From Octopus vulgaris (taxonomy: Eukaryota), in the NCBI GenBank assembly GCA_951406725.2, contig OX597824.1, positions 85,994,001 through 86,058,000 on the forward strand: a DNA stretch of 64,000 nt, read 5' to 3'. Positions 1 through 13,447 of this stretch are shown here, piece after piece. A model generated the notes under the pieces. That model made no database searches. It was not told where the DNA came from and saw nothing but the letters and a program-made list of their open reading frames with translations. Made by a program: the position numbers and the translations under genes. Each line of letters begins with the position of its first letter. Position 1 is the first letter of the stretch.

Positions 1-228
1 AAATGTCAATTGCCAAAGAAATTACTGTGAAGAGTATTGCATGGTTCTCAACCAAGTAACATACCATTCTCTCTTACCATTCTGTGCTTCCCCATCGCTC
101 TTACCCTAAAGTGGTCATTATGTCAGTTTGTTTCCCTAAGTATATAAGAGATATTTTTCTTTTTTTTTATCAAAGTGCAGAGAATGCATTCTGTCATGTG
201 ATAGCGATGGTTAACTATCATTAGGATG

Positions 229-235
<7 letters not shown>

Positions 236-294
<59 letters not shown>

Positions 295-700
295 CTCTTT
301 CCCTCTCTCTCTCTCTTTCCCACGTCTCTCTCTTTCCTTCTCTTTCTCTGTTAAACGTACGTTCGTACAAACATTCTTTCATATATGCATACATGCATGC
401 ATGCGTACATACATACATACACACATATATACATACATATACATATATACATGCATACATATGCACACGCACGCATGCGAGCGCGCATACATATGTATAC
501 TCTCTTATTCTTTTGTTTCAGTCTTGAGGTTCTGGCCATGCTGGGGCAGCATATATGTACATATCTCTCTATATATGTATGTGTATGTACACACGTGTGT
601 GTGCACACACACACACACACACATTTACATATATGTATAAATATATATGTGCATGTATGTATGCATATATATATATATGTATGTGCGTGAAATATATGTA

Positions 701-757
<57 letters not shown>

Positions 758-900
758 GTGTGTGTGTATATATATGTGTCTATATATATATATATATATA
801 TACATATATGCATACATATATGCACGTATATTCATATGTACATGTGTGTGTATATATATACATATGCATGTATATGTGTATATATATTTGTGAGTGTGTG

Positions 901-939
<39 letters not shown>

Positions 940-1270
940 GCATACATATATGCACGTATATTCATAAGTACATGTGTGTGTATATATATACATATACATG
1001 TATATGTGTATATATACTTGTGTGTATGTGTGTATATATATATATATATATACATACATACATACATACATACATACATACATACATACATACATACATA
1101 CATACATACATACACATACACATGTATTGCATATGCATGTGTCTGTGAATATACATGTGGAAGTATGTGTATATGTATATATATATATATATGGTGTGTG
1201 TAGATATATTTATGTTTGTATGTTTGAATGTGCATGTATGCATATGTACGCGATGTGCGTGTGTGAGTAT
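236..1270. repeat. Compound (CT)n/(TCTA)n/(TA)n/(TACA)n microsatellite block
   Basis: Directly visible; source of the YI/HT-rich ORFs. Confidence 0.95.
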
Positions 1271-1587
1271 ATTTGACATCCAGCTTTTTGTTGATATACT
1301 TAAATGCTATTAATTCTAAGCTCATGAATAATTAACCCAACACATATGTCACTCTCAGAGATGACAAGGTCGACTGCCGGTGTGGGAGAACGGAGGAGGT
1401 ATCCTTCTTATCAGCAGATACTCAATTGTTGAAGTAGGAATTCCTATTGTTTTTCATCAGTTACATAAGTGATTATGAGTTAATTGTCTCCATCAACAGC
1501 TCTTCGTTAGCTGTTGTAGGAATTCGTCATATAACTCAAAAAACTATCGTCAGCAACCAAGCTATTTAACTACAAAGCATTATTAGC

Positions 1588-1975
1588 CCCCGTGCCAATG
1601 GCACGTAAAAGGCACCATCCGACCGTGGCCGTTTGCCAGCCCCGTCTGACACCTGTGCCGGTGGCACGTAAAAAGCACCATCCGACCGTGGCCGTTTGCC
1701 AGCCCCATCTGGCACCTGTGCCAGTGGCACGTAAAATGCACCATTCGACCATGGCCGTTTGCCAGCCCTATCTGGCACCTGTGCCAGTGGCACGTAAAAA
1801 GCACCCACTACACTCACGGAGTGGTTGACATTAGGAAGGGCATCCAGCCGTAGAAACATTGCCAGATCAGACTGGGCCTGGTACAGCCTCCTGGCTTCCC
1901 AGACCCCAGTTGAACCATCCAACTGATGCTAGCATGGAGGGCGGACACTAAACGATGATGATGATGATGATGATG
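1588..1975 (+). mobile_element. SINE/short retroposon family D with ~60-bp internal tandem repeats and (GAT)n tail
   Basis: Repeated gtgccggtggcacgtaaaaagcacc unit, then ttaggaagggcatccagc...aaacgatgatgat. Other copies: 10878-11335, 23230-23560(-), 39145-39292, 50905-51046(-), 54350-54532, 54770-54945(-), 55253-55613. Confidence 0.85.
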
Positions 1976-2926
1976 TTAAAGAGAGAAGAACTGCTCCAGT
2001 ATGACCATGTGGTGGTTATGGATGGGAACAGCTTCATAAAGAAGTGCTGATCTCTGATTGTGGAAGGAACCTGTGGAAGGAAGGGCTACACTCAGGCTGG
2101 GGTGAGAAATGATGTTCAAGCATTAAGCCTCATAGAGGAGATGAATGACTAGGGACTGAGACTTCAGACAGAAACATTAGCACGGCATTTCGTCTGCCGT
2201 TACGTTCTGTGTTCAAATTCCGCCGAGGTCAACTTTGCCTTTCATCCTTTCGGGGTGGATAAATTAAGTACCAGTTGCGTACTGGGGTCGATGTAATTGA
2301 CTTAATCCATGTGTCTATCCTTGTTTGTCCTCTCTGTGTTTAGCCCCTTGTGGGTAGTAAAGAAATAGGTATTTCATCTGCCGTTACGTTCTGAGTTCAA
2401 ATTCCACCGAGGTCGACTTTGCCTTTCATCCTTTCGGGTTCAATTAAATAAGTACCAGTTATATACTGGGGCCGATGTAATTGACTTAATCCATTTGTCT
2501 GTCCTTGTTTGTCCCCTCTATGTTTAGCCCCTTGTGGGCAGTAAAGAAATCAGATTTGCTGTTCTTGAGAAACCATGACAAGTTAAGTAAAACTGCGGCT
2601 ATTTGTACATACAATCATGTTCTCTACGTACATCTCAGCCTTGTGTTGAGGGCCCCCAGGTGTTGGTGTCATGTAAAAAGTACTAATGCCAGTGCCACAT
2701 AGTAGCATCCATGCCGGTGCCACATAAAAATACCCATGCAAGTGGCACATCAAAGTGTCTGTGCCAGCTTCATGTCAAAGTGCTGGTGCTGTGTAAAAGT
2801 GCCCATCCCAGTGCCAGGTAGAATGCATCCAGTACTCTAAAATGGTTGATGTTAGGAAAGGCATCAAGCCTTTCTGACAGTATGTGCATGTATGTGCATG
2901 TGTGTGTATGTGTGTGTGTGTGTGTG

Positions 2927-2984
<58 letters not shown>

Positions 2985-2995
2985 ACATATATATA

Positions 2996-3400
2996 GGCGC
3001 AGGAGTGGCTGCGTGGTAAGTAGCTTGCTTACGAACCACATGGTTCTGGGTTCAGTCCCACTGCGTGGCACCTTGGGCAAGTGTCTTCTACTATAGCCTC
3101 GGGCCGACCAAAGCCTTGTGAGTGAATTTGGTAGATAGAAACTGAAAGAAGCCCGTCGTATATATGTATATATATATGTGTGTGCGTGTATATTTGTGTG
3201 TCTGTGTTTGTCCCCCAGCATTGCTTAACAACCGATGCTGGTGTGTTTATGTCCCCGTCACTTAGTGGTTCGCAAAAGAGACCGATAGAATAAGTATTAG
3301 ACTTACAAAGAATAAGTCCCGGGGTCGAGTTGCTCGATTAGAGGCGGTACTCCAGCATGGCCGCAGTCAAATGACTGAAACAAGTAAAAGAGTAAAGAGT
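2996..3400 (+). mobile_element. SINE family A (tRNA head, CORE-like ccttgggcaagt, internal microsatellite, (GAGTAAAA) tail)
   Basis: A-box tggctgcgtgg and B-box ggttcagtccc. More than 15 copies in the window, e.g. 4366-4852(-), 11352-11763(-), 13041-13627(+), 34782-35180(+), 44640-45040(+), 49380-49780(-), 51676-52010(+), 58318-58752(-), 62065-62440(-). Confidence 0.9.
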
Positions 3401-3453
3401 ATATACACACATACATACACACACATATATGTACATGTATGTATATATATATA

Positions 3454-3505
<52 letters not shown>

Positions 3506-4365
3506 TAGATAGATATAGATATAGATATAGATATATGTATACATATATATACACACACACACATACTCACACACATTTTTACACACACACACACACATAC
3601 ATACACACACATTTTAAGTACAAGGCCAAAACATTCCAGAGATTGTGCAACATGGTATGCCTTTTTCAGGTGTATTAAGCAATCGTGACAGAAGTAATTG
3701 ACTTTCTGCTTGAACCAAATTCATTCTGATTCACAGACCCAGAACAAAGTCAGCTGAATACTCACTCCTCTGCAACACTCACTGACGATGATACATCAGA
3801 GCCATGACTCTACCGACTTCTTGCATTGTGTATGAGTTTAATGAAGGATTATGGTGAAGAATGCTCCAAACACGAAACAATAAGTGATAAAGAAGACACC
3901 ACAATGTAGACAAATGACAGCAAACAAGTTATTGTTTCTAATCTCTTTAGAATCAAATCAGAGAATCTTTTCCAGCTTTGGACAAAACAATGTACACCTG
4001 TTCCTATGAAAATTTCTTTGTTAAATATCTGACCAGTTTTGTTTACTCTTTCTCTTGATTTTACATTTGTTTTCCTTTGATTGCATGTGTTAGATGAATA
4101 CCTATAGGAGTATTGTTTTTACAGCTGGATGTCCTTCATGTTGCTAACCCTTGCCTGTATTTTTAACTCAGAATATAAAGACAGATGAAATACCACTAAG
4201 CATTTTGTCCGACATGCTAACGTTTCTGTCAGCTCACTGCCTTAACATTTAAATATTAATTGCAAAAAGGTAACGTATTTCAACAGAAATATGGCAACAA
4301 AAGTGTTAAAGTGATCTAAATCAAAATTTCATGTCAGTTTATGGTCCAAACACCAGATTAATAGT

Positions 4366-4852
<487 letters not shown>

Positions 4853-5475
4853 ATGACAAAGTTATTTTACTAAATTCTTCATTTAAAAAAAAAAAATTAA
4901 TGGATTCAAAGGCAGTGTATTTCAACAGAAATATCATACCAAAAGGATTAAAGAGCAAATTGTTGGATGTGATACAATTTTTTTATATATTTATATGCCC
5001 TTTCCAAGCCTAGCCAGGCTCATGGGCCTGGTTTCCCGGTTTCTGTGACATATGTGTTCCCTCCAGCTTGACGGGACACCAGTCCATCGCAGCGTTACTC
5101 TAGAAACAGAAAGAAAAAGTGAGAGAAAGTTGGGGCGAAAGAGTACAACAGGGGTCACTACCACCCCTTGCTGAAGCCTCGTGGTGCTTTTAGGTGTTTT
5201 CACCCAATAAACACACACAATGCCCGGTCTGGGAATCGAAGCTGCGATCCTCCGATCGCGAGTCCGCTGCTCTAACTACTGGGCCATTGCGCCTCCACTG
5301 GACGTGATTCTTCCAAATCTTAAAATCTGCCAATTTTCTGCTGTGGCTTGAGATTTGAGCAGATCATAAACTAAGTCAGTTGAAACATAGGAATTTCTCG
5401 AAACCATTTCCATTGAACAAAAAGCGAAATTAAGTAGGATACGACATTGTTTGCTAATGTGGCTCTGGTAATCCA

Positions 5476-6437
5476 CACCATCGTCAATGCCACCATCGTC
5501 AATGCCACCATCGTCAATGCCACCATCGTCAATGCCACCACCGTCACCCTCATCAACTACATATGCATACCACCCTCATTATGATACCCCACAGACTCCA
5601 TTGAATGGTATCGTTACTATCACACCACATGCTATGGAACCACCAGGGTTGGTACAACTACTGTCGATGCCACCAACCAATGACCGTGACAATTACAGCT
5701 ACTACCATCGACAGTACCAACACCAATACCAAGACTACCGCGACCACTACCATCACTACTACTACCGACACTACCATCCCCACCAACACCACCATTGCTA
5801 CTATCATCGCCACTACCATCATCATCACCATCACCATCATCGTCACCATCATCACCACCACCACCACCAGCAACACCACCTCCACCACTACAACCGCCAT
5901 CACAACCATAGTAATTACCAACCACACCCTAAATTATGCCCCCCCACACCACTATCCTTATCACAATTAGTATCACCAACACCACCACCACCACCACCAT
6001 CACCACCACCACCACCAGTATCGTCAACACCATTACCACTACCACAACCATCAGTACCACCACCACCACCGCCACCATCACCAATATCACTACCACCACC
6101 ACCACCACCACAACCATCAGTACCACCATAACCACCAGTACCACCAAAAACCACTACCATCAGTACCACCCCCACCCCCACCACCACCAGCACAATCATC
6201 AGTACCACCATAACCACCACCACCATCACCATTATCACCACCACCACCACCACCACCACCACCACAACCATCAGTACCACCACCATCGCCACCATCACCA
6301 GTATCACTACCACCAGCACAACCACAACCACAACCATCAGTACCACCACCACCACCACCAGTACCACCAACACAACCATCAGCACCATAACCACCAGTAC
6401 CACCAACATTACCACCACCACCACCACCACCATCACA
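5476..6437. repeat. (CAC/CAT/TAC)n trinucleotide low-complexity tract, preceded by a 15-bp tandem (caccatcgtcaatgc)
   Basis: Directly visible; open in several frames on both strands. Confidence 0.92.
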
Positions 6438-6822
6438 CTGTCCTTGAACTTGTTCAACTCGCTAGAAATAGCAGCCAAATCTTTTTCACACACTAAACCT
6501 AGACCTACAAAGAGTAATCTAATGAGTCAAGCCCGAGATATGAAAAAAATAAAAGAGATAGTCATGTCTGGATTGCTTTTGTTCATCAGGTTTCCAAGAT
6601 CGGAGCTAACCCGGGGCTAACCAACAACCAATAACAACAACCATGGGCCATAATCACCACCGTCACCACTAACTATCATCCCCACCACCACCACCACCAC
6701 CACCACTACCCCCACCCTGCCGCCACCACCTCTACTACTACTACTACTACTACCTATACAAGTGTCACTTTAGCCATGGTATTTAGAACAAAATGTGTTA
6801 AGTATATCTTTCAAATCTGAAT

Positions 6823-6936
6823 TTAATCTTTGAAGGATCGCAGAGGTTGAACAGGCTTTTTCCATCTGTTTGTCCTTGAAACATTAATACTTATTAATTT
6901 GACTGAACTATGCGGAAGGAAGTTATGAGAAGCACT
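6823..6936 (-). CDS. Candidate terminal coding exon ([37 protein letters not shown])
   Basis: Phase-0 open frame after gtgtgtcag|, ending TAA; frame-compatible with 8607-8681. The acceptor has a weak polypyrimidine tract. Confidence 0.25.
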   Translation of the reverse strand, partial: SASHNFLPHSSVKLISINVSRTNRWKKPVQPLRSFKD

Positions 6937-7097
6937 CTGACACACACATGCCCCTCCCCACGCACACATGCACCCCCCCCCCCCCCCCGACACACACACA
7001 CACATCATAAACATGGGTGGGTGTGTGCATATATGTAAGTATATATACATATATATATACATATATATATATGTAAGTATATAGATATATAGATATG

Positions 7098-7141
<44 letters not shown>

Positions 7142-7176
7142 TACTTTATTTAAAAGCAGCAGAAATATAACAAAAG

Positions 7177-7214
7177 CTGTTACTCAGAGTTTCACGTTCC
7201 CGTTCATCGGACAC
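7177..7214 (-). ncRNA. Minimal type-I hammerhead ribozyme motif (U4C core variant)
   Basis: Minus strand reads TGT CCGATGA ACG-GGAA-CGT GAAA CTC-T-GAG TA ACA: stem I, core, stem II with GNRA loop, GAAA, palindromic stem III, GUA cleavage triplet. Confidence 0.6.
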
Positions 7215-7218
7215 AAAA

Positions 7219-7256
7219 CTGTCCAATGAACGAGAACGTGAAACTCTGAGTAATAG
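7219..7256 (+). ncRNA. Second, degenerate copy of the same hammerhead motif (G5A)
   Basis: CTGT CCAATGA ACG-AGAA-CGT GAAA CTCTGAG TA ATAG; inverted partner of 7177-7214. Confidence 0.5.
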
Positions 7257-7340
7257 CTCTTGTAAATAAAGCATATTACTCTACCTCTGGTATTCGAGTA
7301 CTCTTTTTTCCACCTTGTTTCACAATTATGTGCTTACTCT

Positions 7341-7397
<57 letters not shown>

Positions 7398-7714
7398 CCC
7401 CCTTCGGTCATGAATGACCATGGGATTGCACCTAGAAAGTTACCTTCCTAGATACAAGTCCGGGCAAGGTTGTTTATGGAAGACCAGCAGTCACCCATGC
7501 ATACCAGCCTCCCCTCTCCACGCCACCAGTGTTATCCAAGGGAAAGACAAAGGTCGATACAGCTTGGCACCAGTGACGTCGCAACTCATTTCTACAGCTG
7601 AGTGAACTGGAGCAACGTGAAATAAAGTGCCTTGCTCGAGAACACAACACGCAGCCCGGTCCAGGATTCGAGCTCACAACCTCACGATCGTAAGCTCGAT
7701 GCTCTAACCGCCTT

Positions 7715-7750
<36 letters not shown>

Positions 7751-7753
<3 letters not shown>

Positions 7754-8505
7754 GGTGCAATGGGTAAATTGTTGCAATTTTATATTTTTAATTTCACGTA
7801 TGCGCATTATTTGTTTTTGATTTTGTCAACTACGCAGTATGATAAGGGCAGTTGGATACCATCTGTGAGAAAAATAGCACCATGATGCAATTCACTCTGC
7901 CAGAAATTTGGAAATGACATACTGTGCAGCTTGGCATTCACACCGGAAGCTCCAATATGAACGTTTCAGAGTGTTCAGGTGTCAATCTGAGGACAGTGAA
8001 ATCTGAGGACTTATACTAAGAGTGATAAAAATCAAAGATCCAGTTAACACCATGGTGTTTCGAGTGATCACAAGTGATGGCGACGTTATGCCTCCATTCA
8101 TCTTCCCACGCAGTCTCATACTCAACACGGAGGCCTACATCAAGTGCCTGGAGGCGGTAGTGCTGCCCTCAGTCAAGATGGTGGCTACTGGAAGACCTTA
8201 TGTCTGGCAACAGGACTCAGCACCATGTCACACATGCAGAAGAACCCAGTCATGGCTGTCAGACAATTTCTGCAACCAAATCACCCCTAACACCAAAGAT
8301 GAAAAGGATTATGGTAGCATTCACCATCTGAAACAAGGAGACCATCCAGAAGAGTTGCAGGAGATACCAAAGTCATCGAGAGGCCATGGTTGAAGCCAAT
8401 GGCAATTTTATTGAATAAATTTATTCTTCAGTATTTCAAGATATTTTTATGTAATTTTGGTAAATATATCTGTTAAAATGAGATGTCTGTGTTATTTTCA
8501 TTTTG
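7751..8505 (+). mobile_element. Tc1/mariner-superfamily transposon relic (DD37D/maT-like)
   Basis: Starts TA|cagggtg. ORF 8022-8393 contains VITSDGDVMPPFIFP...YVWQQDSAPCH; internal deletions; right TIR not seen. Confidence 0.8.
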
Positions 8506-8606
8506 GCCTGAGGTTTTTAGTTGTGTAGAAACTATTCAAGAGAAACTTCTGGTGACAACAGTTAGACAATGACTCTGACTTTCAGCTGAGGACTACCACT
8601 GCTTAC

Positions 8607-8681
8607 CTTAATATCTGGAGCAATTATAAAAAAATTGCCTGCATTTTTGTGATCTGGTGAAGAAAGCTGTGTTTTTATAAC
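8607..8681 (-). CDS. Candidate internal coding exon of an unidentified minus-strand gene (VIKTQLSSPDHKNAGNFFIIAPDIK)
   Basis: Minus strand: ctatcctgtatttcaacag|75 nt|gtaagc, with AAG before the donor. Only the phase-0 frame is open. Non-repetitive sequence; no homolog recognised. Confidence 0.4.
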
Positions 8682-8942
8682 CTGTTGAAATACAGGATAG
8701 TGTTCAATAGTGTTTGGCCTCTGACATTCTAGATGACATGGAAAAGAATTTTTTTTTTCTTTTTTAATCTGGGTGAGTGAAAATTCTGATTGTAGCAACT
8801 CTTGAAAGTGTTTGCTGTAAGTCCTGTATGATTCCTTTTGATACAGCCAAAAGGATTAGAGATACTCAATATACAAGTGCTTTAAAGAGACAGGATCACC
8901 TGAGAATTTACTATATATACTGTGGTGTGTGTAATTAACTAA

Positions 8943-9335
8943 TCTTTATATATAAAGCTGAAGTTGTCTGTGTCTGTGTATGGCAGGTTTGGTAGCCTTC
9001 AACTAACACTTTCTCCTCCGAGATCCTGCAACACAAGTTGACCAAAATTCAGAGTATGATAGAAGAAGGCTTGCTCTTCATTCCGTAGAAGAAAAAATTG
9101 AAAATTGACCGTGTTAAGACCAAAGATTATTTACATCAAAAAAGTGCTTATTTCTATGAAAATCCCTATTTTTTATGATTTTTGTGTCGCCATTTTTTTG
9201 GTGTAATTCAACCAGAAAAATGTTCATTTAAAGAGAATAACAAGCTACATAATGCAAAATTTTTACTTTCAAAAATTCCAATTCAAATGGGTCGAAAAGA
9301 AAACAAGCCCAAGCAACGCCGGGTTATACTGTTAG
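8943..9335 (+). mobile_element. Non-autonomous Helitron
   Basis: A|TCtttatatataaa start; subterminal hairpin cccaagcaacgccggg; gTTAG|T end; homolog at 19807-20196. Confidence 0.8.
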
Positions 9336-9537
9336 TTAATTGATATATATATATATATGTATGTAAACATGGCTATGTGGTTAAGAAGCTTTCTATGAAA
9401 TCATATGGTTTTGTATTCTGTCCTACAAACACAGCACATTCAAAAAGTGTCTTCTAGAATAGACCCAATGCCACTCAATGCATTGTGAGTGAATTTCACA
9501 GACAGAAACACTCTGTGTGAAAGTCAACCATGTATGT

Positions 9538-9598
<61 letters not shown>

Positions 9599-9859
9599 TA
9601 CATAAATACAAAGAGACACAGACATATACATACACACATATGAAAGAAAAGGGTTGTTGTTTACTTGAAGTATTGTAACACAGAAGTAAAATAACAAATA
9701 ATGAAAATGGAGTATTTCCTACAGTGTAGGACAGGTAAGTTAAATAACCTTTATGCATTTCAGGCACAAAGGCCCATCATCAGGCATGAATAGCTTAAAG
9801 AAATCTGAGTTTACGTAGATTTGGCTAAGATCTCTATTTTCATTATTTGTTATTTAATT

Positions 9860-9875
9860 CTATCTATCCATCTGT

Positions 9876-9936
<61 letters not shown>

Positions 9937-9938
9937 CC

Positions 9939-9989
<51 letters not shown>

Positions 9990-10146
9990 GTCTGTCTGTC
10001 TGTCTATCTGTCTGTCTGACTGTCTGTCTGTCTATCTATCTATCTATCTGTCTGTCTGTCTGTCTATCTGTCTGTCTGACTGTATCTCTGTCTGTCTATC
10101 TATCTATCTGTCTATCTATCTGTCTGTCTGTCTGTCTGACTGTCTG

Positions 10147-10189
<43 letters not shown>

Positions 10190-10301
10190 GTCTGTCTGTC
10201 TGGCTGTCTGTCTGTCTATCTGTCTGTCTGTCTGTCTGACTTCTGTCTGTCTATCTATCTATCTATCTATCTATCTCTCTATCTATCTATCTATCTATCT
10301 A

Positions 10302-10332
<31 letters not shown>

Positions 10333-10341
10333 GACTGTCTG

Positions 10342-10424
<83 letters not shown>

Positions 10425-10497
10425 CTCTATCTGTCTGTCTGTCTGTCTGTCTATCTGTCTGTCTGACTGTCTGTCTATCTGTCTGTCTGACTGTCTG

Positions 10498-10540
<43 letters not shown>

Positions 10541-10614
10541 GTCTGTCTGTCTGTCTGGCTGTCTGTCTGTCTGTCTATCTGTCTGTCTGTCTGTCTTCTG
10601 TCTGTCTATCTATC

Positions 10615-10693
<79 letters not shown>

Positions 10694-10767
10694 GGCTGTC
10701 TGTCTGACTGTCTGTCTGTCTGTCTATCTATCCATTTGTTTGTCTGTCCTTCCTTCTATCTATCTAT
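9860..10767. repeat. ~900-bp compound (TCTA)n/(TCTG)n tetranucleotide array
   Basis: Directly visible; includes ~60-bp higher-order units ending in tctgac. Confidence 0.97.
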
Positions 10768-10836
10768 GAGAAATGTGGTGGAAAACTAGTTCAGGAAGAC
10801 ATATACATATATACATATATATATATACACACACAA

Positions 10837-10867
<31 letters not shown>

Positions 10868-11351
10868 GTATATATGGCACTCGTGCCACTGGAATGTTAA
10901 AAGCACATCCGAGCATCATTGTTGCCAGGGCCACAGATTGGCTCCCGTGCCGGTGACACATGAAAAGTACCATTCGAGGGTGATCATCGCCAGCTTCGCC
11001 TTACCGGCACATGTGCCAGTGGCACTTGAAAAACAGCATTCAAGCATGGTTGTTGCCAGTGCCGCCAAACTGGCTCCTGTGTAAGTACCATGTAAAAACA
11101 CCTTTTGAGCGTAAGTGTGGTCGTCGCCAGAACCGCCCGACTGGCCCTCATGGTGGTGGCACGTAAAAAGCACCCACTGTACTCTCGAAAAGTGCTTGGT
11201 GTTAGGAAGGACATCCAGCTGTAGAAACACTGCCAGACCAGATTGAACCAGGTGCCTCTGGCTCACCAGTCATCCGTCAAACCGTCCAACCCATGCCAGC
11301 ATGGAAAGCAGACGTTAAACAATGATGATGATGATATATATATATATATAT

Positions 11352-11760
11352 ACTCGCTTTTCTCTTTTATTTGTTTCAGTCATTTGACTACGGCCATGCT
11401 AGAGCACCGCCTTTAATTGAACAACTCAACCTCGGGACTTAATCTTTGTAAGCCCAGTACTTATTCTATCGGTCTCTTTTTGCCGAACCACTAGGTGACG
11501 GGGACATAAACACACCAGCATCGGTTGTCAAGCAATGCGAGGGGGACAAACACAGAAACACAAACACACACATGCATAGATATATATATACATATATATG
11601 ATGGGCTTCTTTTCAGTTTCCATCTACCAAATCCACTCACAAGGCTTTGGTCGGCCCGAGGCTATAGTAGAAGACACTTGCCCAAGGTGCCACACAGTGG
11701 GACTGAACCCGGAACCATGTGGCTGGTAAACAAGCTACTTACCACACAGCCACTCCTGCG

Positions 11761-11763
<3 letters not shown>
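11352..11763 (-). mobile_element. SINE family A
   Basis: Full-length reverse copy. Confidence 0.88.
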
Positions 11764-11810
<47 letters not shown>

Positions 11811-12297
11811 TACATACATACAATATATATACATACATACTTGCATTCATACATACATGGATACATAAATATATGTGTGCACACATGCATATACACATAC
11901 ACACACATATATACATACTGTTTCATGCATGAATGCATGGCATGCCATACAATCCTAAGATATGTAAATGAATGTAAATATCAAATCAGATTTCAATATA
12001 AATTTCATTTTTATGTGAGACATCCGGAAACAGATGGAAAGTGGGTCTCGGGGTATTACTTGTAACTTGTTTGAAATATACGGCTTCAATTTTTAAAATT
12101 GCATGTTCTGACTGAATTTTTTTAGGTCTTACATCTGTTGTACAAACATACATACACGCACACACAAATACATACATACATAATACATACATACATATAT
12201 ACTTGCATGCATGCATACATACATACATACATACATATTTACATACACACACACACACACATATATACATATTTACATACACACACACACATATACA

Positions 12298-12331
<34 letters not shown>

Positions 12332-12685
12332 CATACATACATACATATATATATAAATATATATATGTATGTATGTATGTATGTATATTGGCACTGATGT
12401 GTGGTAAGAACCACATGGTTCTGGGTCCAGTCCTACTACATGACACCTTGGGCAAGTGTTTCATACTATAGCCTTAGGCCAACCAAACCTTATGAGTGGA
12501 TTTTTGTAGATGGAAAACTGACAGAAACCCATTGTAAATATATATATATCATCATCATCATCATCGGGTTGGACGATATTGACTGAGGGCTGGTGAGCCA
12601 GATGGCTGCACCAGGCTCCAATCTGATCTGGCAGCATTTCTATAACTGGATGCCCTTCCTAATGCCAACCACTCTGACAGTGTAG

Positions 12686-12716
<31 letters not shown>

Positions 12717-13230
12717 ATATATATGATGGGCTCCTTTCAGTTTCTGTCTACCAAACCCACTCACAAATTTTGGTCAGCCCAAGGCTATAGTAGAAGACAT
12801 TTGCCCAAGATGTCTTGCAGTTGGACTGAGCCCGGAACCATGTGGTTCGTAAGCAAGCTACTTACCACACAGCCACACCTGTACATGTACATAGATATAA
12901 ATTGTATTTAGCTATATGTAAGTGACACAATTTCATTTTTTATTTTAACAGAATTACTGTGTGTGACCTATGAACAATCGTGACTAATAAACAATATGTG
13001 TGTGTGTGCATATAATACATATTTGTGTAGCTATTGAATATAGGGGTAGGAGTGGCTGTGTAGTAAGTAGTTGGCTTATGAACCACATGGTTCCGGGTTC
13101 AGTCCCATTGTGTGGCACCTTGGGCAAGTGTCTTCTAGTATAGCCTCGGGCCGACCAAAGCCTTGTGAGTGGATTTGGTTGACGGAAACTGAAAGAAGCC
13201 TGTCGTATATATGTATTTGTATATGTATAT

Positions 13231-13414
13231 GTCGCATTTTTTTCTCTCCTTGTTTCTCTCCGTGTTTCTTTTCTGTGTATCTTTCTGTTGAAGAGCGTAG
13301 GCTCGAAACGTAAAAGACTTGTTTTATTTATATTCCTGAGCGCCATACTAATACAATTGTTTGTTTGTACTCCACCTGCCTTCGTCTTTTGTTTATTTTC
13401 ATAAAGCTTCCCGT

Positions 13415-13415
<1 letters not shown>
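13231..13415 (+). mobile_element. Short hammerhead-bearing insert in the internal microsatellite of a SINE (probably Penelope-like)
   Basis: Interrupts the TA/TG tract of SINE 13041-13627, is absent from other copies of that SINE, and ends in (TA)n. Confidence 0.45.
13280..13317 (+). ncRNA. Minimal type-I hammerhead-like motif (A6U variant)
   Basis: TCTTT CTGTTGA A GAGC-GTAG-GCTC GAAA CG TA AAAGA: 5-bp stem I, 4-bp stem II, ultra-short ACGT palindromic stem III, GUA triplet. Confidence 0.5.

Positions 13416-13447
<32 letters not shown>

Larger units (their letters stand above)
7135..7343. mobile_element. Short hammerhead-bearing insert in (TA)n, probably a Penelope-like terminal fragment with inversion
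   Basis: About 210 bp of non-microsatellite sequence flanked on both sides by (TA)n; carries the inverted hammerhead pair. Confidence 0.5.

Noticed and set aside
1588-1805. ~60-bp direct repeats superficially like a CRISPR array
   Set aside because: The intervening segments are also repeated, there are no cas genes, and the repeats belong to a eukaryotic retroposon.
5487-6496. Pro/His/Thr-rich ORFs (214 aa, 186 aa) resembling extensin or His-rich proteins
   Set aside because: Translations of a (CAC/CAT)n tract that is open in several frames on both strands; no splice signals or domain support.
9725-9734. Possible 10-nt plus-strand microexon (tttcctacag|TGTAGGACAG|gtaagt)
   Set aside because: No plus-strand gene context upstream, not frame-preserving, and could arise by chance.
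9821-10789. 322-aa [11 protein letters not shown]
   Set aside because: Translation of a tetranucleotide microsatellite.
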